From positions 1 through 60,613 of IMG/VR virus record IMGVR_UViG_3300037440_000098: 60,613 bases of DNA. One strand, 5' to 3'. The DNA is from a virus (Duplodnaviria > Caudoviricetes). The notes beneath the pieces were generated by a model that saw nothing but the letters and a program-made list of their open reading frames with translations, was not told the DNA's origin and ran no database searches. A program made the translations under genes and the position numbers. Below, piece after piece: positions 54,593 through 60,613 of the stretch. The number at the start of each line of letters is the position of its first letter. Positions within the stretch are counted from its first letter, which is position 1.

Positions 54593-55654
54593 TCAGCGCT
54601 TGAGGCGCGTTACCTTCTCGCGGCGCACCAGAGGCAGACCCTCGTGTCCAACCCAGTGCGCGGGAATCCAGATCGGATGCTCACGCAGCTCAGGGCTGAA
54701 CTTCTCGTTCTTGTACTCCCTCCAGTGCCCTCGGCGATCATATCGCACCGAAAGCTGGCGCTTGGGTGCAGCCTCGTCCACCTCCTTGGTGGGGTTCGGC
54801 TTGATGGTGCGCTTGTCGATGACCGTGACGCTCGTACCGAGTTCAGGGTTCATCCGCTGGATACGACGCCACGATGAGCGCGGAGCCTCGACCACAGAAG
54901 CAGCCGTCGTGTACTGACGGAGCATCAGGCACCCACTCAGGAGAATGGCCATGGTGTGCCTGCTGTAGCTCTCGCCCTCCAGGAAGTTGGCGTTGTTCTG
55001 GTTCCTAGAGATGCGCCGCATGTAGTCGCTGAGCTTCACGGTGAGTTGACCACAGACCATGAGTGGTCCCATGTTCATCATCCGCGCGTTGACTTCCTGC
55101 CTGGTAGGCGCAGAACCACCGACCAGGTCACGCATCCGATCCGACCGCGCCTGTTCCATGGCCAGCCGCATGAAGCTGTCCGTCTCGGTCCATGCCAGGA
55201 TGCGGATGACCTCGCCCGTGATGCACCAGGACAGAGCCATCATCCTGGTCTCGTTCGGAGACTTGGCCTTCCACTCGTACGCCCGGTCATCGAACGCCTT
55301 GGTGCTGTAGCCCTTCTCGAAGAACATCACACCGTGGTCGGTGTGGAACCAGTGACGCTGTACGTCCAAGTCCAGCGGCAGCTTGCCCGCCGCTTCGATG
55401 ACCTCTGGCATCTTGTGGTCCGTGATGTGGAACAGGTCAGCGATGTTCAGGCTGGCGCTGTGCCGCCTGGCCAACCCTCGGGCCTGTGCCTGATCGGTCT
55501 CGCTCGGTCCGCTGTCCAGCAGCGTCTCCACGTCACCGACCAGGTAGGCCATCATCGAACCAGCACCATCCTGGTCCGACCTGTCCATCCACTGGTGCAT
55601 CTCAGCTCTGTATTCCGGGCACTTGACCGGCCAGACCTGCTTGATCCTTCCCAT
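54593..55654 (-). CDS. hypothetical phage protein with C-terminal RGHWR..WI..HW.G motif
   Basis: ATG 55654 behind GGGAG. Confidence 0.75.
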   Translation of the reverse strand: MGRIKQVWPVKCPEYRAEMHQWMDRSDQDGAGSMMAYLVGDVETLLDSGPSETDQAQARGLARRHSASLNIADLFHITDHKMPEVIEAAGKLPLDLDVQRHWFHTDHGVMFFEKGYSTKAFDDRAYEWKAKSPNETRMMALSWCITGEVIRILAWTETDSFMRLAMEQARSDRMRDLVGGSAPTRQEVNARMMNMGPLMVCGQLTVKLSDYMRRISRNQNNANFLEGESYSRHTMAILLSGCLMLRQYTTAASVVEAPRSSWRRIQRMNPELGTSVTVIDKRTIKPNPTKEVDEAAPKRQLSVRYDRRGHWREYKNEKFSPELREHPIWIPAHWVGHEGLPLVRREKVTRLKR

Positions 55655-55685
55655 ACTGACTCCCGCTTGTCCGTGTTGCATTGCG

Positions 55686-55760
55686 CGGTCGGGGCTGGAT
55701 TCGAACCAGCACTGACGGGGGCTATCCTCCCCTGCCTCTGCGCGATTGGGCTACCCGACC
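55686..55760 (-). tRNA. tRNA-like element F with non-canonical anticodon loop (AGGATAG; nominal GAT)
   Basis: GGTCGGG/CCCGACC acceptor, D arm, GCTGG-TTCGAAT-CCAGC; no U33 and no encoded CCA. Confidence 0.7.
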
Positions 55761-55766
55761 TGCGGC

Positions 55767-56081
55767 TTAGTTGCCGCCGTTCTGCCTGAGCTGTTCCTTG
55801 TCCACCGAGTGCTGCTTGAACTGCGAGCAGAACTTGTCCCACGACTCGACCCGCATCAGCGAGGTGAAGTCACGGGTGGTGGAGGCGAAGCCCGCGCCAC
55901 GAACACAGAGCAGGCCGATGTTCGGCCGTCCGTCCGTGTTGTTGTAGATCTCGGCGTACTCCGGGTCGTACGAGCTGACGTTCTCCAGGTCGCGCTTGTC
56001 GTTCGTACCGCAGGCGGTGAGGCCCACGGCCATGGTGACAGCAGCTCCGGCCAGTACGACGTTGCGAAGGCGCACCTTCAT
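55767..56081 (-). CDS. lipoprotein
   Basis: MKVRLRN, hydrophobic core, lipobox GLTA-C; SD AAGGAG. Confidence 0.8.
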   Translation of the reverse strand: MKVRLRNVVLAGAAVTMAVGLTACGTNDKRDLENVSSYDPEYAEIYNNTDGRPNIGLLCVRGAGFASTTRDFTSLMRVESWDKFCSQFKQHSVDKEQLRQNGGN

Positions 56082-56109
56082 GTTGTTCTCCTTGTCCGAC
56101 AGTGAGGCG

Positions 56110-56185
56110 TGGATGGGACGGGAATCGAACCCGTGTCAGCTCCGAGGTCTAAGTCTCAGCCGCTCTACCATTGAGCTACCCACCC
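56110..56185 (-). tRNA. tRNA-like element G with G3.U70, A73 and an irregular 8-nt anticodon loop
   Basis: GGGTGGG/CCCATCC-A, TA-GCTC-AATGGTA-GAGC, CTGAG-ACTTAGAC-CTCGG, ACGGG-TTCGATT-CCCGT. Confidence 0.72.
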
Positions 56186-56211
56186 TCACCCGGCACAGGG
56201 CCGGGCTCCGT

Positions 56212-56367
56212 TCAGTTCTTCCGTGGAGGAAGCGGTACCCGCTCCCACTTCTGGCGCTTGCGTGTCTCAGCCGTGTACTGGTACGAGCAGGACATCTTGT
56301 GCGCCCTGCCCTTCAGCACCTTGCAGCAGGCACACCGCATGATGTGCCCGCCCTCGGTGACAGTCAC
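56212..56367 (-). CDS. 51-aa micro-ORF with CxCC
   Basis: Translated by hand; GTGA-coupled. Confidence 0.5.
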   Translation of the reverse strand: MTVTEGGHIMRCACCKVLKGRAHKMSCSYQYTAETRKRQKWERVPLPPRKN

Positions 56368-56486
56368 TCGCCCTCGTGGCTGTCCTGCGGCTCGGTCGTA
56401 CCCGAGCTGCCGTTGGACTCGCCGTCGTCGTTGGTCATGTGGTCCGAGTGGTTCTCGTTCCGGTGGTCGTCGTGCTCCCTGGCCAT
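56364..56486 (-). CDS. 40-aa acidic His-rich micro-ORF
   Basis: MAREHDDHRNENHSDH...; TGATG-coupled; SD GGAGG. Confidence 0.55.
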   Translation of the reverse strand: MAREHDDHRNENHSDHMTNDDGESNGSSGTTEPQDSHEGE

Positions 56487-56551
56487 CAGCTCTCGTCCTC
56501 CGGCTTGGGCTGCGGAACCGGACGCGGTTCCAGGATGGGCATGTCCGTCAC
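56486..56551 (-). CDS. 21-aa Pro-rich micro-ORF
   Basis: MTDMPILEPRPVPQPKPEDES; SD AGGAGG; GTGA-coupled. Confidence 0.45.
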   Translation of the reverse strand: MTDMPILEPRPVPQPKPEDES

Positions 56552-56634
56552 TTGCCGTCCTCCTGGTATCCGGCCGGGCACCCGCAGTGCGGCGGGAAGT
56601 GGGGCGGGTTGGTGCAGTTGTGCGTGTTCGTCAT
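56548..56634 (-). CDS. 28-aa Cys/His/Pro micro-ORF
   Basis: MTNTHNCTNPPHFPPHCGCPAGYQEDGK; ATGA-coupled to the recombinase. Confidence 0.5.
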   Translation of the reverse strand: MTNTHNCTNPPHFPPHCGCPAGYQEDGK

Positions 56635-57557
56635 TCCATGACCTCGGCTTCCACCAGCTCGCTGTTGTAGTCGGTCTCGGGTGTCAGGGCTTCGGCCTTG
56701 GCCCTGTCGGCCTGCTCCCCGCCGGTCCCTGCGGACCCTTGCCGTTCCCCCTCGGGGTCCTGTCGCTCCCCGGCCCCTTCGGATTCGGCCCTTGCGGCAC
56801 TCGTGATCTCCTTCGCTCTCGTGTTGAGCAGGGTGAGGATGGTCCGCATCCGGCCAGCCTGCATCTCGCTGGTCGGCACCGACTCCAGAATCCCGCCGAG
56901 AACTGCATCTCGGTGCAGCTTCTCCAGCGAGGTCATGTCCACGGCGTGGATGATCTGCGGAGCCAGCATGTCCTCGAACGAGGAGGTCTCCATGCGTTCG
57001 ACGTGGACGGGGTGGCCGTCCTCGTTGATGACGCGGTTGGGGTCCAGCTCCTCGACCGTGTAGTGGACGCCCATCAGGGCTTCCTCACACGCCTCCCTGG
57101 CGCACTGGGTGATGGCCCGCCACCCGAGCAGGCTTGCCGGGTACTTCACCCAGTTCTGCTTGGTCAGCAGGCCAGCATCCTGCGCGCTGGGGTTGCCGTT
57201 CTTGTTGGCCTTCAGCTCCCACGTCACCTCGAAGGTGAAGTCGGGGTCGTCCGACCGGATGATCTGTGCCGTGGCGTGGGTCGTGGTGGTCTTGACCCGC
57301 AGCTTGTGACCCGCCCGCCGCACGAGTGCGGAGATCAGGGCACCGGAGGCACAGGGCTTGCCGTCGATGACGTAGATACCCGTCACGGCCACCATGGGGT
57401 GAACGTTCAGGGACTTGGCGTACTCGGCAGCCCAGATCAGGTTGCCCGGCCTACCTCTGTACTGACCCGGAAGCATCTCCGCGCCAGCCAGCCGGTTGGC
57501 CCACGCCACCGTGTTGGCTACCTCCTGGCCACCCGCCAGTTCGATCTCTTTGCCCAT
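56631..57557 (-). CDS. RecT-like ssDNA-annealing protein
   Basis: LP.QYRG.P.N, IYVIDGKP, A.AGL..K.NW.KYP..L.WRA, G..Y..EEL. Confidence 0.78.
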   Translation of the reverse strand: MGKEIELAGGQEVANTVAWANRLAGAEMLPGQYRGRPGNLIWAAEYAKSLNVHPMVAVTGIYVIDGKPCASGALISALVRRAGHKLRVKTTTTHATAQIIRSDDPDFTFEVTWELKANKNGNPSAQDAGLLTKQNWVKYPASLLGWRAITQCAREACEEALMGVHYTVEELDPNRVINEDGHPVHVERMETSSFEDMLAPQIIHAVDMTSLEKLHRDAVLGGILESVPTSEMQAGRMRTILTLLNTRAKEITSAARAESEGAGERQDPEGERQGSAGTGGEQADRAKAEALTPETDYNSELVEAEVME

Positions 57558-57589
57558 ACCCGTGGTTCTCCTACTCTGTCGGTACTGCG

Positions 57590-57681
57590 TGGACGGAACA
57601 GGGATCGAACCTGCACCTATGGCCGGAAGGTGGGGAGTCATACCACGTCGGCCATCGACCTACCGTTTAGTCGATCCGTCC
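57590..57681 (-). tRNA. tRNA-like element H with greatly extended anticodon arm
   Basis: GGACGGA/TCCGTCC-A, D arm, ATGGCCG-AC-GTGG-(9 nt)-CCAC-CTTC-CGGCCAT, GCAGG-TTCGATC-CCTGT. Confidence 0.68.
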
Positions 57682-57724
57682 TGGGCCAGCCGGGTGCTGG
57701 GGGCGCCCGACCGGCAGTCTCGCA

Positions 57725-57928
57725 CTACTTCTTGTGTCGCCCACGCTGGGGCAGCTCGGCCCCCTGCGGGGGCTTCTGCGGCTCGACCACGCGGAGCTGT
57801 GTGGTCTGGTCCGGGTCGTGGAAGTTCGCCGCCGCGTACCCGTGCGGGTCGGCGTGACTGTCCTCGAACGCCTGCGCCTTCTGAGCCGGGGTCATGTTGC
57901 TGAACCCGCTCCTGTCCTGCGCTGCCAT
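57725..57928 (-). CDS. small hydrophilic hypothetical protein
   Basis: SD GAGAGG; codon bias. Confidence 0.65.
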   Translation of the reverse strand: MAAQDRSGFSNMTPAQKAQAFEDSHADPHGYAAANFHDPDQTTQLRVVEPQKPPQGAELPQRGRHKK

Positions 57929-57938
57929 GCTGTGCCTC

Positions 57939-58133
57939 TCAGCGGTTGATGGTGTCCGGCCCGTCAGCCGGACCGTTGATCTCGTCCGGCTTGCCGTCCG
58001 TGATGGGCTTGATCGACGAGTTCGACCGGCCTCCCGATCCCTCGTGGGAGTTCGGCGGGTTCGAGCCGTTCGGGTTGCGCTTGGGCAGTCCCGAGTCGGT
58101 GGTTCCCTTGGTTGTGCGGTTACGGATACTCAT
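57939..58133 (-). CDS. small low-complexity (N/S/P/G) hypothetical protein
   Basis: SD GAGGT; codon bias. Confidence 0.6.
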   Translation of the reverse strand: MSIRNRTTKGTTDSGLPKRNPNGSNPPNSHEGSGGRSNSSIKPITDGKPDEINGPADGPDTINR

Positions 58134-58142
58134 CCGTACCTC

Positions 58143-58274
58143 TCAGTGAGTGGGCGGGGTGTCCTGCTCCGAGGTAGACGGGTCCGGCGACCCGTCCGTC
58201 ATGGCGTGGACGATGGTGTACTGCGGCGGCTGTTCCGGCAGGTCGGCCGGACATGCCTCGTCGTCGTTGCCCAT
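58143..58274 (-). CDS. 43-aa acidic Pro-rich micro-ORF
   Basis: MGNDDEACPADLPEQPPQY...; SD AAGGAGG. Confidence 0.55.
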   Translation of the reverse strand: MGNDDEACPADLPEQPPQYTIVHAMTDGSPDPSTSEQDTPPTH

Positions 58275-58277
58275 GGA

Positions 58278-58790
58278 CTACGCCTCCTTGATGATGAGCG
58301 TGAACTCGTACGGCCGGTAGTGGTCCGGCGTGTTGGGGTCCTTGCTCTTGCGCATCCGCCACCGCATGGACTCGTACCGCGCCTCGGTTTCGGCGAAGTC
58401 CTTGTCGTCCGACATGATGGCGTAGCTGCCGTTCTTGAGGTTGGCTTCCCACGCCCACCGTGCCGACGCTGCGGAACTGGCGACGATGTAGAAGCTGACC
58501 ACCTCGGCCATGTTGTTGGCCTCTTCCACCAGGTCCTTGGCGGACTGCTGGAGGAAGCTGTCTCCGATCTCGGACGCGTTGTCGTACTCGCCCACGTATC
58601 CGGAGCTGGCCACGTAGCCACCTACCGAGTGGATCTCCTCGCTCCCGAGGTAGACCGTGATGATGTACGGCTCGAAGTGGCCGTCTTCCAGCCCTCGCTT
58701 CTCGTGCTCGATGATCTCGGGCACGTTCGAAGCCGTCTCCGGGTCGTACTCGGTGTCGATGTCGAGCTTGACCGTGGGTGTCACCCGCAT
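58278..58790 (-). CDS. acidic hypothetical protein
   Basis: SD AGGGGAG; codon bias. Confidence 0.78.
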   Translation of the reverse strand: MRVTPTVKLDIDTEYDPETASNVPEIIEHEKRGLEDGHFEPYIITVYLGSEEIHSVGGYVASSGYVGEYDNASEIGDSFLQQSAKDLVEEANNMAEVVSFYIVASSAASARWAWEANLKNGSYAIMSDDKDFAETEARYESMRWRMRKSKDPNTPDHYRPYEFTLIIKEA

Positions 58791-58823
58791 GTCTTACTCC
58801 CCTTGTCCGTGCTGTGCCTCTCG

Positions 58824-58846
58824 ACTCTACCGAGAGGGTCTGACAA
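58824..58846 (-). promoter_or_regulatory. PafBC/RecA-NDp-type promoter
   Basis: TGTCAG-N10-TAGAGT on the minus strand. Confidence 0.58.
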
Positions 58847-58854
58847 CGACGGAA

Positions 58855-58880
58855 AGCCCCCGCCGTGGTCGGCAGGGGCT
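58855..58880 (-). terminator. terminator-like hairpin preceding the promoter
   Basis: agcccc...ggggct followed by TT on the minus strand; shares a core with 50179-50209. Confidence 0.6.
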
Positions 58881-58960
58881 CCGTGTGTGGCTGCGGCGCG
58901 CGGTTCTGGGGGAACCGGGCTCTGTCCGCTCCTCGGCCCGCCACAGGGCCGCTCAGGGGG

Positions 58961-59293
58961 TCAGCCGGAGAACGCGGGGGCGTCCGTGCTGTCCTCGTCG
59001 GTGTCGTCCTCGACCTCGGCGACCGGGCCGACGTACTTGGCGAAGACGTAGTGCGCCTCGTTGTCCTCGCCGACGTTCTCCGAGACGGCCTCGGCCTCGA
59101 AGTGCTTCGGGTTGTACGCGGTCTTGCCCTTCTTGATGTCCGAGACCATGGAGGTGGCCGACGCGCGCTTGCTGTACTCGCCGATCTGCGCCCACTGGCC
59201 GGGGTTCTCCGCCAGCTCGACGGCGTTCTCGGCGTGCTTCGAGCGGGGGGCGATCTCGTCCTGCGGCAGCTCGGTGACGAACTTCAGACCCAT
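58961..59293 (-). CDS. hypothetical protein, possibly DNA-binding
   Basis: L.ENPGQWA..FEA..VFAKYVG motif; SD GAGGAG. Confidence 0.75.
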   Translation of the reverse strand: MGLKFVTELPQDEIAPRSKHAENAVELAENPGQWAQIGEYSKRASATSMVSDIKKGKTAYNPKHFEAEAVSENVGEDNEAHYVFAKYVGPVAEVEDDTDEDSTDAPAFSG

Positions 59294-59405
59294 GTCCGTG
59301 TACTCCTCGTGAATAGGGGCCAGTCGGCCCCGTGTCCTTGTGTTTTGCGGTGGAACACCACCCTACCACGGGCGGCAGGGTGGTCCGTGCATCTTGCCCG
59401 TGTCG

Positions 59406-59840
59406 TCAGACTCGGTTGATGGTCGTCCTCTGTCGCACGTCCATCGGCCGGGGTGCCTTGCTGTCCCCGGCTCCGACCTTGCCGTCACCGTGAGCGGCGG
59501 CGGGCTTGTTGAACAACGACATGATCACGCCCAGAGGTACCTCCAAGGTGAACAAGCCGTCGATACTGACGCTGGCCTTGGTCTTCCAGCGACGGCTACC
59601 CCTCTTCCCGACCTGCCGGAAGACGAGGATGACCTTCAGCTCGTGCGTAGGACCGGAGCAGTCGGCGCTCGACTTGTCCGTCTCGTGCTCCAGTCCCATG
59701 TGGATCAGGTCGGAGCACTCCTGTGCCTCGCTGATCTCGATGGTCCACACGTTGGTGACCAGGTCCAGGATTGGTTCAACTTCCCGACCCTTGGCCGCCA
59801 GCATGGACATCAGGTGTGTGATCTTGGCCGGTGCCGTCAC
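59406..59840 (-). CDS. hypothetical protein
   Basis: GTGA-coupled to the HU-like gene. Confidence 0.65.
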   Translation of the reverse strand: MTAPAKITHLMSMLAAKGREVEPILDLVTNVWTIEISEAQECSDLIHMGLEHETDKSSADCSGPTHELKVILVFRQVGKRGSRRWKTKASVSIDGLFTLEVPLGVIMSLFNKPAAAHGDGKVGAGDSKAPRPMDVRQRTTINRV

Positions 59841-60205
59841 TTGGCCACCGTCTTGGCCGACTTGCGGACCGTGAACACCTTGGTCCGTCCGTTGACCACG
59901 TCCCTCAGCCGGTCGGAGGCGACCCACTTCACGCGCTTCTGCGCCTGGATCGTCACCCGCTCCCCGGTCTGCGGGTTGCAGGCGGTGCGCTCGTGCTGCT
60001 TGACCGGGGTCAGGCTGCCGAAGTTGGCCACGACCACGGTGAACCCGTTGGCCAGGGCCAGGTACATGGCGTCGAACACCTCGTCCACCAGCTCGTTGGC
60101 CTCGGCCATGCTGATGGGCTTGCCCTTGTTCTGACGGGTGCGGAAGACATGCGTGGCGATACGCTGCTTGCCAGCCCGCCGTGCCTTGTCCACTCCGTTG
60201 TTCAT
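59837..60205 (-). CDS. HU/IHF-family DNA-binding protein
   Basis: V.VANFGSL....ERTACNPQTGERVTI.A...VKW..S. Confidence 0.85.
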   Translation of the reverse strand: MNNGVDKARRAGKQRIATHVFRTRQNKGKPISMAEANELVDEVFDAMYLALANGFTVVVANFGSLTPVKQHERTACNPQTGERVTIQAQKRVKWVASDRLRDVVNGRTKVFTVRKSAKTVAK

Positions 60206-60251
60206 GTGTGCTCCCACTTGTCCGTTGCCGGTGAGGGACCGGCGGCCCGAG

Positions 60252-60296
60252 TGCTGTGGCCCGACTCGAACGGGCTGCCTGCCTTCAAGGCACAGC
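60252..60296 (-). ncRNA. minimal tRNA-like element I
   Basis: GCTGTG/CACAGC-A stem, small hairpin, T-arm GCCCG-TTCGAGT-CGGGC identical to element A. Confidence 0.6.
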
Positions 60297-60300
60297 TCCA

Positions 60301-60600
60301 TCACTGCTCTCGTACGCGGTAGACCCTGCCGCTGATCTGGATGCCGACCTCGGCCGGGTACCGGTGCGTCTTGAACGAACCGAAGAACGCGGCAGCCAAG
60401 AGGTACGTCCCCTGCTCTCCGCCCATGATGACGTGCTGCATGGTGGAGATCCTGGTCAGATGGTCGATCATGACCTCCAGCGCGGACGTGTACCCCTGGT
60501 CCTTGGCCAGCTTGTTGGGCGCGGACATGGCCACGTCCTCGTCACGCCAGGGGCGCTCCTTGCTGGTGTCGAACATGTAGGTCGGAAGATCCTCGGCCAC
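60301..60600 (-). CDS. hypothetical protein
   Basis: 99-aa ORF; its SD would be completed by joining the window end to the window start. Confidence 0.65.
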   Translation of the reverse strand: MAEDLPTYMFDTSKERPWRDEDVAMSAPNKLAKDQGYTSALEVMIDHLTRISTMQHVIMGGEQGTYLLAAAFFGSFKTHRYPAEVGIQISGRVYRVREQ

Positions 60601-60613
60601 GTATGCCGTCTTC

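Noticed and set aside
55686-57681. Ordinary tRNA-Ile or tRNA-Leu assignments
   Set aside because: The anticodon loops lack the canonical 7-nt geometry with U33, so no isotype can be supported.

Overview
This window is an apparently complete, circularly permuted genome of a lytic, high-GC siphovirus; the host is probably Streptomyces or a related actinomycete (inferred from GC content and protein style). No integrase or repressor was seen. Layout: small minus-strand accessory genes (1-6.9 kb); a 2.7 kb non-coding region with an AT-rich array of GTGAATA repeats (6.9-9.6 kb); a plus-strand packaging, lysis and virion arm (9.6-40.8 kb); and a minus-strand replication, recombination and accessory arm (40.9-60.6 kb). 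The virion arm contains a terminase with a class 3 intein and is interrupted by an inverted four-gene glycan-modification operon, an inverted fibre-like gene and an HNH gene. The most striking unannotated signals are: (1) nine intergenic tRNA-like elements that keep an acceptor stem and T-arm but have a missing or aberrant anticodon arm; (2) an 8-mer, AGGCACAG, found at least 36 times genome-wide; (3) two GTGAATA arrays, one flanking a perfect four-way-junction fold; (4) PafBC/RecA-NDp-type promoters upstream of the replication and recombination operons; (5) a neck gene split from its start codon by an HNH. All counts and folds were done by eye and all product calls rest on motif recognition, without database searches.
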